A stretch of DNA of 41,393 nt, taken from the IMG/VR virus record IMGVR_UViG_3300005996_000032, positions 1 through 41,393 of that record, one strand, 5' to 3'. The notes under the pieces were generated by a model. It worked only from the letters and a program-made list of their open reading frames with translations. It was not told the DNA's origin and did not search any database. The translations under genes were made by a program, and so were the position numbers. This document shows, in pieces, positions 1 to 8,896 of this stretch (position 1 is the stretch's first letter; each line of letters begins with the position of its first letter). The stretch is from a virus (taxonomy: Duplodnaviria > Caudoviricetes).

Positions 1-369
1 TTAGTTCCCATTCTTGAACCTCTCTATGATGCTGTTGATGACGGCCCTTCCCTTCCCGGTCAGGAACAGTTGCTTGTTGCGCCGGTCTATCGGGTCCTCG
101 CGGGCAACGATCACGTCGTGTCCCGGTCGGCCCTTGCGGTGGTACTTTGAGAGTGCCGCCACGTTTCGGGAGACTGACGCGCTGGTCAGCCCGGTGTGCT
201 GCATGAGGTCTCGGCTGTGTAAGCCTTCCTCTCGCGCGATGAGCAGGAAGATCATTGCAGTCTGCATCTGCATCTCCTGGTCCATCTTGCGGAACTCTTC
301 GATCACTCGGATGGCGTCTGTTATGACGCTTCTTTCTCCACTCATTTTTTTGCTCACTGATAGAACCAT
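1..369 (-). CDS. MarR-family winged-helix transcriptional regulator
   Basis: HTH segment GLHSRDLMQHTGLTSASVSRNVAALS and wing motif EDPIDRRNKQLFLTGKG; this gene type is typical of integrase-linked T7-like phages. Confidence 0.85.
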   Translation of the reverse strand: MVLSVSKKMSGERSVITDAIRVIEEFRKMDQEMQMQTAMIFLLIAREEGLHSRDLMQHTGLTSASVSRNVAALSKYHRKGRPGHDVIVAREDPIDRRNKQLFLTGKGRAVINSIIERFKNGN

Positions 370-438
370 GACGCATCCCCTTTTCGTGGTCGGATTGGCT
401 ACATTGGCGGTCCCCCATTCGCAGCCAACAACGACTAC

Positions 439-711
439 CTAAGAGGGAACCTTATCGTAGTCGAAGTTGTCTCCACCTGCCACATAATTCGCGTCTATGG
501 GGCTCTCAAGGACATCACGGCAAATGTCCTCTGGAAAGAGAGCCGTTTCGGGATTGCCGTTAAAGTAGAAGGGCCTTTCGTCGTTGTCGGCCCTCTCTGC
601 CATGACGATGGCCTCGGGAAGGAGGTCGATTGGACCGCTCGGCAGAAGGTCGAAAGCCTCGGGATTTGTGTCTCTGAAAACCGTTACGGGGTTCACAAGT
701 TTCTCACTCAT
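439..711 (-). CDS. hypothetical acidic early protein
   Basis: 90-aa ORF; SD-like GGGAGAAGGA before ATG; co-directional with neighbours. Confidence 0.65.
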   Translation of the reverse strand: MSEKLVNPVTVFRDTNPEAFDLLPSGPIDLLPEAIVMAERADNDERPFYFNGNPETALFPEDICRDVLESPIDANYVAGGDNFDYDKVPS

Positions 712-822
712 GGTGGTCCTTCTCCCTTGCCGTTGGACCCGGTTCTTTCGGGGTGGTCAGAGCCTATAGGTCTCTCGCCCGCTAATTAAACCGGGGTCCA
801 ACTGACATTTCATTTCTAACTG

Positions 823-1062
823 TTACGCCTTCTTCGCGGGCACCTTCTGGCGCGATGGGAAGCGGTCGAAGACCTGGGCGTAGAAGCGGCTATGGTCCAT
901 GAGGAGGGCCATGAGGGCGTCCTTGGGGACCGAGACGGCCTTGGTAGTCGAGCGGGCCTTACCTGCGACATCCCAGAGAGCCTCGAAATGCTCGTCGGTG
1001 GTCTTGAGGTCGGCCCGCTTCATGTTCGCGGTAGTGCTGGCCCACTCGGGGCGGTCAGGCAT
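823..1062 (-). CDS. hypothetical early protein (MPDRPEWAST...)
   Basis: ATG at 1062 preceded by GGAGGAG; overlaps the stop of the upstream gene. Confidence 0.7.
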   Translation of the reverse strand: MPDRPEWASTTANMKRADLKTTDEHFEALWDVAGKARSTTKAVSVPKDALMALLMDHSRFYAQVFDRFPSRQKVPAKKA

Positions 1063-1309
1063 GGCTGATCTCCTCCCCCATAGCGAGGAGGCCCTCCAGG
1101 TCCTCGTCCATCTTGTCGCGCAGGAGGCGGAGCATGTGGAGGTCACGCTCGTAGGTCTGCTCCAGCTTCTCAATGGTCTCGTCTAGGCGCTTGCGCCACC
1201 ATGCGAGGCTCGGGCTGCCGCGTAGCTCCTCGATCCGCTTGGCCCACTCCTTGTGGAACTGGTCGAGGAACATCTGGCGGCGGATTTCTTCGGTCCCGTG
1301 AATGTTCAT
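1055..1309 (-). CDS. hypothetical coiled-coil early protein (MNIHGTEE...)
   Basis: ATG at 1309 with AGGAGG SD; ATGA overlap with the upstream ORF. Confidence 0.7.
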   Translation of the reverse strand: MNIHGTEEIRRQMFLDQFHKEWAKRIEELRGSPSLAWWRKRLDETIEKLEQTYERDLHMLRLLRDKMDEDLEGLLAMGEEISHA

Positions 1310-1521
1310 GCTGTCGATCCTCCTTTCGAGGGTGTCATCTTGCGCTCGACGTGCCGGGTCAGTTCGCGGCGGCGGGAATGCCACTCGCGGTAGCCTCGGA
1401 GGTCGATCACTCGGTTGCTGATGTCGGGCTTGCGCCGGTCGTGCTCGACTATGGCGGCGAACACGCCGGTCACCGTGACGCGGCCCAGCTTGAGGGCCAC
1501 GTCGGTCACGTTGGGGCTCAT
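1306..1521 (-). CDS. hypothetical early protein
   Basis: 71 aa; AGGAGG SD; tightly packed in the early operon. Confidence 0.6.
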   Translation of the reverse strand: MSPNVTDVALKLGRVTVTGVFAAIVEHDRRKPDISNRVIDLRGYREWHSRRRELTRHVERKMTPSKGGSTA

Positions 1522-1529
1522 GGTGCCTC

Positions 1530-2372
1530 CTATGGTGTCGGGGTGAAGGGTGCGAACAGATCGCCGGTCTCGGGGCAGCGGTAAGGCGGCTCCCAGTCAG
1601 GATCGTCGGCCTTTGCCTCGGCTTCCTTCTCCTCGCGAAGCTCCCTCACCTTCTGGTCGAGCTTGTCCCAGTCCACGCCGTCCTGAAACTCTTGGAACAG
1701 GCCGTCGCCGTCGATCATGAGCCACATGAACGCTTCGCCAGATGGCTCCCCGTTGTCCTCTTGATTGATCCCCATGCAGCGCATGGCGGCGAGGAGGAGC
1801 GTTCCGAGTTCGTTGTGATCCCACTCGGTCACGTCCCGCTCGAACCACTCCTCGACAGCGTTTGTGTAGTGCGAGATGAAGCCCGAGCGGCTGGTGTGGC
1901 GCTCGCGGATTGCCTGGGCGAGCGTCAGGAAGCTGTCATGCTCGGCGTTCACTTGGAGTAGACGCATGACCGCCGCTGGTTCAACGAGGATGAACAGTCG
2001 ATCCGTCTCGAAATTGTAGAACCGGGGCGAGGTCATCTCCTCATACTCGGCTCCCAATTCGATCCGACCGTCTGGCCCAAGGCTGTCTTCCGACCACTCT
2101 CCGAACCAATGGTTGAAGGCGTCGGCGTAGGTCTTGGCGACCGCGAAGTGCATGGCCGAATGGTCGGCCACGTCGAACAGGATTTCATGGAACTCCCCCT
2201 CGTCTAGGCGAAGCTCCTCGGGCTGGTAGTGCTCGGGGTGATAGGTCTGGTCGGACTGCTTCTCGACCATCCACTCGACCTCTCGGTCGGCAAGGTGGTC
2301 AAGCTCCTGATCGAGCCAGCTAGGGTAGAAGCCGGGGAAGTTGGGGAGGCATATGGATAGCTTGTGCGTCAT
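1530..2372 (-). CDS. hypothetical acidic early protein (280 aa)
   Basis: Long ORF with SD; D/E-rich; contains SPRFYNFETDRLF, a motif type I recall from phage early regions. Confidence 0.8.
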   Translation of the reverse strand: MTHKLSICLPNFPGFYPSWLDQELDHLADREVEWMVEKQSDQTYHPEHYQPEELRLDEGEFHEILFDVADHSAMHFAVAKTYADAFNHWFGEWSEDSLGPDGRIELGAEYEEMTSPRFYNFETDRLFILVEPAAVMRLLQVNAEHDSFLTLAQAIRERHTSRSGFISHYTNAVEEWFERDVTEWDHNELGTLLLAAMRCMGINQEDNGEPSGEAFMWLMIDGDGLFQEFQDGVDWDKLDQKVRELREEKEAEAKADDPDWEPPYRCPETGDLFAPFTPTP

Positions 2373-2465
2373 GGCTGATCTCCTTTCTATCTAGCCGGTG
2401 ACTGGGTGGTGTTCCCACCGCTACACTGGGAGAAGTCGCTCCCCCAGTGCAGAAGAAGGGACACG

Positions 2466-2831
2466 TCAAGAGGCGCGGAACAGGTATGTGATCCCGTCCA
2501 GTTCGGCCTCGCTGTAGTCCATTGCGATGTTGTCGGAGGTGCCCTCCCAGTCGATCACGATGTAACCGGGGAGGTTCTCTGGGATGTCCCCGATGTCCGA
2601 CAGAAGCTCTTTCGCGTACTCCTCGAACTCGTCCTCCCGAATGAAGGTCACCCCGTGGTGCCAGTCGGGGCAGTAGGGTTCGGCCTCGGATCGGAAGTCG
2701 CGGAGGTCAGAAAGCTCGATTTGCTCCTCCTCGGTCATCCCGTCACAGTCCAGCATCTCCTCCAGTTCATGGATACGGTATTCAACCTCGCGGCTGTCGA
2801 GCCGTCCGTCTCCTCGAATATCTCTACTCAT
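2466..2831 (-). CDS. acidic ArdA-like putative anti-restriction (DNA mimic) protein
   Basis: Very acidic 121 aa; EFEEYAKELLSDIGDIPENLPGYIVIDWEGTSDNIAMDY resembles the ArdA C-terminal pattern; early position. Confidence 0.55.
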   Translation of the reverse strand: MSRDIRGDGRLDSREVEYRIHELEEMLDCDGMTEEEQIELSDLRDFRSEAEPYCPDWHHGVTFIREDEFEEYAKELLSDIGDIPENLPGYIVIDWEGTSDNIAMDYSEAELDGITYLFRAS

Positions 2832-2863
2832 AGCGTAGTCACTCCTTGTGTGTAGGGGTTAGG

Positions 2864-3049
2864 TCAAACCTCGATCCCACAGGCGCGCAGGAAGCGGTCC
2901 CGGTCGAAGCGTGGGTTGTCCTTGGCGAGCGCGGTGGAAATGGCCTTGGCGGTCTTCCCGACCATGTGCTGGCTCTCCGATCCGTCGCGCCACAGGTTGA
3001 CCTCCTCGCGGATAGCGGCGGCGATCAGTTCGTAGTCCTTGCGGGTCAT
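2864..3049 (-). CDS. hypothetical early protein
   Basis: MTRKDYELIAAAIR...DNPRFDRDRFLRAC is a recurrent small phage protein pattern; GGAGG SD. Confidence 0.75.
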   Translation of the reverse strand: MTRKDYELIAAAIREEVNLWRDGSESQHMVGKTAKAISTALAKDNPRFDRDRFLRACGIEV

Positions 3050-3450
3050 AGGCGGTCCTCCATCGTGCTCTGTAGGATGATGTCTTCAAGGTTATCGGCC
3101 ACCCCTCCGAGGCAGAGACGACCGTCGTCCAGAGGCAGTTGGTACTCGCGTATCGCGTCGCGAGCCTCGGCCAGTGGCGCGAGGATTGCATTCATGGCCT
3201 CGAAGGCAGCGTCGAAGCTCTTGAAGTCGCCAATCGCGGCAGCGATCCCGTCCTCCATCCCGTACAGGGTCCAGAAGAGCTTCCCACCATACTTGGCCTG
3301 ATACGCCTTGGCGGCTTCCAGCGCGGCCTCTGGGGTGCGGATGTGTGAGCCCCGGCTGTTGCACCATTGGGGCTCCCCGAGGAAGCTCTTGACGTGGCCA
3401 GCGCGTTCCACACATGGCCTGATCTCATAATAGTCAAAGCGTTCGGTCAT
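3046..3450 (-). CDS. hypothetical early protein
   Basis: 134 aa; GGGAG SD; overlaps the next gene. Confidence 0.7.
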   Translation of the reverse strand: MTERFDYYEIRPCVERAGHVKSFLGEPQWCNSRGSHIRTPEAALEAAKAYQAKYGGKLFWTLYGMEDGIAAAIGDFKSFDAAFEAMNAILAPLAEARDAIREYQLPLDDGRLCLGGVADNLEDIILQSTMEDRL

Positions 3451-3453
3451 GGC

Positions 3454-3636
3454 CTAGTCTCCCTGCCACTTGATGATTTCCTCCAGCGCCCCGGCTGCAT
3501 TCAGGAGGCACTGGCGCTCGTATTCGGTCACGAGGTCGGCGTGTTCGGCGTTCTCGCGGAGCCACCTTGTGATCTCTCCACAGGCGCTCCGATTGAGCGC
3601 GTTGGCGACGGTCCTCGCGTAGCTGCTGGTCTTCAT
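3454..3636 (-). CDS. hypothetical early protein
   Basis: 60 aa; AAGGA SD; ATGA overlap. Confidence 0.6.
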   Translation of the reverse strand: MKTSSYARTVANALNRSACGEITRWLRENAEHADLVTEYERQCLLNAAGALEEIIKWQGD

Positions 3637-4025
3637 GTGTCGATCCTTTCGTAGATGGCCTCACCATTGGAGAAGGCGCCGATCCTGCGGAACTCACCGA
3701 AGGCGCGCTCGAAGGCCGGGGCAAACTGTGCCGCCCATGCCGCCGCAATCTCCTCGTGGTCGATGTCAGGGCGAACCCGCATCCAGATCGCGGCAAGGCC
3801 GCAATACTCGCTCACGCCGATCTCGACGTGGCCATTCTGGAGGAGGATGCGGTCCTCGCGACCGGCCCAGCCGTCAGCCTCATAGAGGCTCGGGCGGAGG
3901 CTCATGGCGAACTGCTGAACGTCGTCAACGAAGTCCTGCCAGTCCAGGCAGTCCCCCATCTCGGTCACGTCGCGGTAACAGACGGCAATCAGGTTGCCGC
4001 TGGGCGTTGAAACGCTCCTACCCAT
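3633..4025 (-). CDS. hypothetical early protein (MGRSVSTP...)
   Basis: ATG at 4025 with GAGGAG SD; motifs GVSEYCGLAAIW and GAFSNGEAIYE. Confidence 0.75.
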   Translation of the reverse strand: MGRSVSTPSGNLIAVCYRDVTEMGDCLDWQDFVDDVQQFAMSLRPSLYEADGWAGREDRILLQNGHVEIGVSEYCGLAAIWMRVRPDIDHEEIAAAWAAQFAPAFERAFGEFRRIGAFSNGEAIYERIDT

Positions 4026-4212
4026 TGGTGATCTCCTCTCGGATTGCGCGGGCGCACCATGCGTCAAAGGCGTCCTCATTCATGGTGGCGATGGTGGACA
4101 CGGAAGGGACTTGGCGAACCCACTTGTAGAGGATCGGCGCGTCCCGGCAGGTGATGGCGTAGCCGCCACCCGGCGCGCTCCTTATGCGCCAGCGTTTGCT
4201 TGAAATATCCAT
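4018..4212 (-). CDS. hypothetical early protein
   Basis: ATG at 4212 with AAGGAG SD. Confidence 0.6.
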   Translation of the reverse strand: MDISSKRWRIRSAPGGGYAITCRDAPILYKWVRQVPSVSTIATMNEDAFDAWCARAIREEITNG

Positions 4213-4281
4213 TGCGCTTGCTCCTTTCTCATTGCGCGGTGAACTCAATGAGCGGCTCCGTAGAGCCGCCTGTTGAACTCA

Positions 4282-4701
4282 CTAGGCTGCGAGGAAATAG
4301 CCGCCGTTCTGCGGGTCGTGGGTCCATGCGTCACTGGCCAGAGCCGTGTCGCGATCTACGCCGCCAAAGGCTCCCAGAGGGACCGTTTCGCCGCTGTCGA
4401 CAAAGTAGAGGGACGCCTTGCGGGTCGCCCCATTCTTGCGGAGGCGATGGCCGAGGAGGAGGATGCTTTCCTCGTCCTTAATCCATGCGGCGATGTGCGG
4501 ATAATAGGCCGCGTCGATCAGGAAGGAATGCTCCTCCTGCCCCTTGTAGGAGCCGACCAGCGGCTTGATCGGAATGTCCAGGACATCCGCATATTCATGG
4601 AAGCGCGCGATGCGCTCCTCCTCCTGACCTACACAAAAGATGATCTGCTCGGCAGCGAGGATTGCGGCGCAGGGCTTGTTAAATCGGATAGGTGCGTTCA
4701 T
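4282..4701 (-). CDS. hypothetical early protein (possibly distantly related to phage SAM-lyase-like proteins)
   Basis: ATG at 4701 with GAGGAG SD; GSYKGQEEHSF...EESILLL pattern; the functional guess is weak. Confidence 0.6.
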   Translation of the reverse strand: MNAPIRFNKPCAAILAAEQIIFCVGQEEERIARFHEYADVLDIPIKPLVGSYKGQEEHSFLIDAAYYPHIAAWIKDEESILLLGHRLRKNGATRKASLYFVDSGETVPLGAFGGVDRDTALASDAWTHDPQNGGYFLAA

Positions 4702-4726
4702 GTGGGTTTCTCCTCTAGTGTAACGA

Positions 4727-4900
4727 TTAGGCCAAAGCGACAGACAGAGCGACCAAGCCAAGGCCAGCGGCTGCGGTCACGGCTTGCCAGATAAAGGCGA
4801 CCGCCCTGTGCCGCCGATTGTCGGCATTCAGGATCAGGGGCGGATTGCCTTCACCATTGGGAAGGACAAGCGGCGTATGCGGCGGAATAGGGTTGCCCAT
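4727..4900 (-). CDS. small membrane protein (57 aa, not in ORF track)
   Basis: GAGGAG SD then ATG GGC AAC...; C-terminal hydrophobic stretch AVAFIWQAVTAAAGLGLVALSVALA; TAA at 4727-4729. Confidence 0.6.
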   Translation of the reverse strand: MGNPIPPHTPLVLPNGEGNPPLILNADNRRHRAVAFIWQAVTAAAGLGLVALSVALA

Positions 4901-4939
4901 TAGTCAATCTCCTCTCTTGTGAGCGTTCAAGCGAACGCC

Positions 4940-5143
4940 CTAGTAACCAAGCCAGCCCAGCAATTCGCGGCCTGAATAGCCGCCCTTGCGGAGCTTTGCG
5001 ACGGTCTCACCTGTCGCCTTTTCCACGATGTTTCCCGTGTCTTCGCACTGGGCAAACTCGCAGCGGTAGAGGCCATGAGCGGCCAATTCATTGAGAGCCG
5101 CGCGGAACCCCACACGGCTCGTTACAGCTTGTTCGTAAGTCAT
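4940..5143 (-). CDS. hypothetical early protein
   Basis: 67 aa; GGGAGAG SD. Confidence 0.6.
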   Translation of the reverse strand: MTYEQAVTSRVGFRAALNELAAHGLYRCEFAQCEDTGNIVEKATGETVAKLRKGGYSGRELLGWLGY

Positions 5144-5170
5144 AGTGTAATCTCTCCCATAGTGGAACGA

Positions 5171-5770
5171 TTAGGGCATGACATAACGCAAACGGCGCGA
5201 CTCCAGCCCATTCAGCATTAGGGCAGAGATGCAACCGCGCGTCTCGAAATTGGCCATGCCAGCGTTTGAAAGAAGATGGACAAACCAACCGCGCCAATGC
5301 GGGCCGTGTCCTTCGTGGGGTTGTCCCGCACGGGATAGCTTTTGATCCCAGCTATCGGCCCAGTGGGCCACTTCGTGCGCTATGATAACGTCAGTCCAGC
5401 CCCATTCTGCGAAGTAGCAGCCGACCAGATTTGCGTTGCAATGGTTGATCCGCTCCTTCGTGAATGCAGCCTTGAAGCTCTTGCGCATAATTTCGGCTTG
5501 CTTCTCATTGGCCTTGCCGGTCTCCACCAGACGCCGAATGGCTATCTTGGCGCAGAGCCGCGCATAACCTTTTGCCGCCTGTCGCGTCTTGAAGACGTTA
5601 GAGACAGGGCGCAAGTCTTCCCATTCCCACTTGTAACAACGCTTGCGGTTGCTATCCCGCTTTTGTTGCCAAGTGACGAATTGAGCGCCGGTTGCCAGCA
5701 CAACTAGACTGGCCCCTAGCCTTTGACGTTCCCGCCAAAACTCGGAATGAATGGTCATGATGAACCTCAT
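5171..5770 (-). CDS. putative zinc metallopeptidase (HExxH, SprT-like); first early gene
   Basis: VIIAHEVAHWAD followed by HEGHGPHWRGWF (third His ligand and HG..W motif). Confidence 0.65.
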   Translation of the reverse strand: MRFIMTIHSEFWRERQRLGASLVVLATGAQFVTWQQKRDSNRKRCYKWEWEDLRPVSNVFKTRQAAKGYARLCAKIAIRRLVETGKANEKQAEIMRKSFKAAFTKERINHCNANLVGCYFAEWGWTDVIIAHEVAHWADSWDQKLSRAGQPHEGHGPHWRGWFVHLLSNAGMANFETRGCISALMLNGLESRRLRYVMP

Positions 5771-6211
5771 TTTGAGCTAACCAAAAGAGCCCCTAGCGAG
5801 GCTCCTTTGGAATGCCCAAAAGGCGAACTTACGGAATGTCTGTAGACCGCAAACCGCCTTTGGCATTCTGCCCAGATTGATTGTCAACGCTACACGGTAG
5901 CTCCCGCCATCTAGGTCTAGACGGGCCGACTATTTCGAGCTTTGCGGTCTTCCCTGTTTCACTTGCGGCTCAATCTTCCCCCAGTGACCGTTACCAAGGC
6001 CGGTCTATGGCTTCCGATTGACTTCGCCCGCTTGTCCTTCACAGGGACGCATTGCGCGCTTTCGTCGGTACATATTCGATTTTCAAAGAACTGGACCTTG
6101 CCGGTCTCTTGCTTTTGCGGCCACCTTGGCGGCTCGTTCTGCTATCGCTTGGCTTGCCTTGGTGCCCCGAGAACCTCGTTGGCTGGCTTGCCGTGTTGCG
6201 ATGTTGAACCG

Positions 6212-6241
6212 AACATAGGTCACGCTAAGCGCAATGGTCAA
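6212..6241 (-). promoter_or_regulatory. candidate host sigma70 early promoter
   Basis: Minus strand TTGACC-N18-TATGTT in the non-coding leader, pointing into the early genes. Confidence 0.4.
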
Positions 6242-6403
6242 TCCCAGTGTAGCGATTTTTTGGGAAGAAAGTGATAAGCCGTTGTTTTCATTGGGATAAA
6301 AATGATGTGCCGAATGCTGCATTGTGTGGAATGGTCTAGCGTTGGCATGGTGATTTGGCCCGTGCTGGCCTTGTGTGGCGCATAGTGCGACTAGGTGATT
6401 TGC

Positions 6404-6496
6404 CCCCTGCCCTGCCCTGCCCTGCCCTATCGCTTGCCGGTCTCGTGCTCGTGCTCCTCGTGCTTCCCCCAGTGCTTCCCCCAGTGCTTCCCAGTG
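6404..6496. repeat. short tandem repeats near the genome left end
   Basis: (CCCTG)n at ~6405-6428, then GTGCTC and CAGTGCTTCCCC iterations at ~6445-6496; analogous to the short repeats flanking T7 terminal repeats. Confidence 0.7.
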
Positions 6497-6499
6497 AGC

Positions 6500-7080
6500 C
6501 ACGCCGGGAATAGGTCAGCACTGCTGCCATGTTCACAATCGTTGAACGGATAGGCATGGATTGTTCATAGGAAAAAACACCAGTCTCCAGACAGACGGCT
6601 GACCATGTGGCCCCGCGCTCCTCCTCGTGGCTCTCCTCGTGGCCAGATCATGCGCCAATGGGACAGCATATCCCGTGTTAGCCCAGTGTTTTCAATGGGT
6701 TAGCGCAAGATGTGGCGGAATGTGTGGGAATTGGCCCCATGCGGCCAGCAGATCGGCCCCCCTTGCCACCCTGAGCCAGCCGGGGGGGGCCACCGGGGGA
6801 ACCGCGCGTTCATCTTCTCCGAGGGGGTCACTCACAAATTTCTGTCAAACATCCGGGGATGCTCCCACAGCGGCCCCCACCGGGATCACCGGCAGAGGCC
6901 CTGGGGAATACAGAGAGGCAGGGGGAGGCCCTGTAGAGGGGGGATACCTACATGGTAGGTGCTATCCCCTACCCCAGAGGCCCACTAGCCCCCTAGAGCC
7001 ACACAATGGTAGCCCAGGGAGGTCATTGTAGCTCTCTAGGAGATACCCCCTAAGACCCCCTAACCTTTAGAGGCTCCCTC
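6500..7080. other. non-coding genome-end (terminal repeat/concatemer junction) region
   Basis: No credible gene between terL and the early leader; CCCCTA iterations at ~6966-7062; a phage promoter at 7086-7099 fires into it. Confidence 0.55.
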
Positions 7081-7102
7081 TATATAGTGGTGAGTAATTT
7101 AT
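7075..7102 (-). promoter_or_regulatory. phage RNAP promoter (phiOR-like)
   Basis: Minus strand AAATTACTCACCACTATATAGAGGG; core shared with three other intergenic copies; T7-like CACTATA. Confidence 0.85.
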
Positions 7103-7123
7103 CCCACTGATCTCAAAGGGTTT

Positions 7124-8896
7124 TTAGCGACGGGATTTCCGGCTGCGGAGGGCTCTGTTCTTGCCCATCCAGCCACCACGCCGCTTCGGTCGGGCCGGTC
7201 GTTCACCACCGGGAGTTCCCAGGGTGTGCGTGCTGCGCTTCCACCGCTTGAGTTCCTCCTTGAGTTGGCGGTCCTCGTAGTCCGACTTGGCCTTGGTGGT
7301 GTCCCTGGACAGGTAGTCGAGCCAGTAGCCCACTCCCATAGCCAGGGCGTCCAGGCGGTCATCCTTGGCGAGCGAGCCGCGCTCCCTGGTGACCCTGGTC
7401 ATCTGGTAGAACAGGCGGTAGCGGTTCTGCTCCTCGGTCGGATACTCCTCGGTGCTGCGGAAGTCCTGCTCGATCACGCTGGGGCTCACGATGAGCCTGT
7501 GGGCGTTGAGCACGGGCTCCAGGGTGTCGATGATCCTGGCCTCCTTCTGCTGCCGGGACCACTTGCTGTCCTCGATAGCCACTCGGTAGACCTTGTAGCT
7601 GACCGCGCGGAGAAGCTGGGCGAACATGCCGTCACCGAAGTTCGGCTCGACAATCACCTTCTTCACCTCCTCGCGCTCTGCGATCTTCATGAGCTTCACG
7701 AGGGTGTCCTCGGAGTAGCCGCCCTTGATGCCGCCAGCGGCGGTCAGGTAGAGCCTCCCGTGGAGCATCTTGAGGACGACGTAGGCCGTCTCGTCAGAGC
7801 CTCGACCGGCAGGGTCAATGGCCATGATGGCCCCGGTATACTCTGTCCACTCGTTCTCCACCGACATGGGCCGGTAGTAACGGTCTCCGTCGAGCCCCAC
7901 GTTGGGGAGGTTCTCGATGGTGAGGTCGGGGCTGGATGCCCAGATGACATCGGTCGGAGCCTTCTTGGGGTTGGTGTCCATGACCACGAGGTCGGAGATG
8001 CGGAGCGGGTGTCGGTCGGCGTCCGATAGGCTCGTGTCGAGCATGAACTGGAGGGCGAACCCTGTGCGACCGTAGGAGAGCTTGCGCTCCTCCAGGTCCT
8101 CCAGGCCGAACCGCTTGGGGTCCGTAGGCTTGCCCACTAGGCTGGGATCGTCCTGTAGCTCCTGGGCGATCTTGGGGGCTAGGCGGGTGCCGTACTTCCC
8201 CACCTGATCCTCGTCGGGATACAGGGCGGGCCAGATGCGGAGGACGTAGCCGCGTTGAGGTAGGGTGTTGTAGAGGGACTGCTCCGTCTGGGGCGTCCCG
8301 AGGTAGATCACTCGGCCACCCGGCTTGAGCACGGCGTCGAACTCCTTGACGAGTTCCAGGATGTGCTCCCGCATGGTGTTGGTGGCGGAGTTGCTGACCA
8401 CCTCAATGTCATCGGCTACGATCACGTTGGCGCGCGAGCCGGTGATCTGCCCGGTGATCCCAACGGACTTGACCGAGGGGCTGTCGTCGGCCCTGGCCGG
8501 TCCCACGTCGAAAGCGATCTTCGAGGTCCGCTGATCTCCCCTGGGCACCAGGTGGCGTAGCTGGGGGATTTCGTAGATGAGCCGTAGTGCGAAGGTCGAG
8601 AAGTTGTCGGCGCGGCTCTTGGATGCCGACACGACCATGATGCGTGTCTGTGGATCGCAGTAGAGAAGCCAGACCACGAATGCGACGGTGATCCAGGATT
8701 TCCCTACGCCTCGGAATGCCTCAATGATGAGGCGGCGCGGTCCATGCTGTAGGAACTGCGCCATGTCGTACTGGACTGGGGTCGGCTCTGGTAGAGCCAG
8801 ATGGTTCCAGACCAGCCATAGGAAATTGCGGAAGTCGAGGAGCGGGTCTTTGACTTGGGTGTGGCTCGTACTCGACTGTAGTTGTTGCTTGGTGAT
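7124..8896 (-). CDS. terL: terminase large subunit (T7 gp19-like); proposed ATC start at 8896
   Basis: AFRGVGKSW Walker A, ITGSRANVIVADDIE Walker B, IDPAGRGSDET and DDRLDAL nuclease motifs. The gp19-like N-terminus DFRNFLWLVWNHLALPEPTPVQYDMA lies upstream of the ORF-track ATG (8764), and an in-frame TAA sits at 8909-8911. Confidence 0.95.
   Translation of the reverse strand: MTKQQLQSSTSHTQVKDPLLDFRNFLWLVWNHLALPEPTPVQYDMAQFLQHGPRRLIIEAFRGVGKSWITVAFVVWLLYCDPQTRIMVVSASKSRADNFSTFALRLIYEIPQLRHLVPRGDQRTSKIAFDVGPARADDSPSVKSVGITGQITGSRANVIVADDIEVVSNSATNTMREHILELVKEFDAVLKPGGRVIYLGTPQTEQSLYNTLPQRGYVLRIWPALYPDEDQVGKYGTRLAPKIAQELQDDPSLVGKPTDPKRFGLEDLEERKLSYGRTGFALQFMLDTSLSDADRHPLRISDLVVMDTNPKKAPTDVIWASSPDLTIENLPNVGLDGDRYYRPMSVENEWTEYTGAIMAIDPAGRGSDETAYVVLKMLHGRLYLTAAGGIKGGYSEDTLVKLMKIAEREEVKKVIVEPNFGDGMFAQLLRAVSYKVYRVAIEDSKWSRQQKEARIIDTLEPVLNAHRLIVSPSVIEQDFRSTEEYPTEEQNRYRLFYQMTRVTRERGSLAKDDRLDALAMGVGYWLDYLSRDTTKAKSDYEDRQLKEELKRWKRSTHTLGTPGGERPARPKRRGGWMGKNRALRSRKSRR

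Noticed and set aside
5882-5887. Perfect TTGACA on the minus strand
   Set aside because: No recognisable -10 element at 16-18 nt.
6404-6496. CRISPR-like array
   Set aside because: Repeats are 5-12 nt and tandem with no unique spacers; no cas genes.
6083-7031. ORFs across the genome-end region (6083-6502, 6627-7031 and others)
   Set aside because: Low-complexity translations of repeats with no SD; the region is expected to be non-coding.
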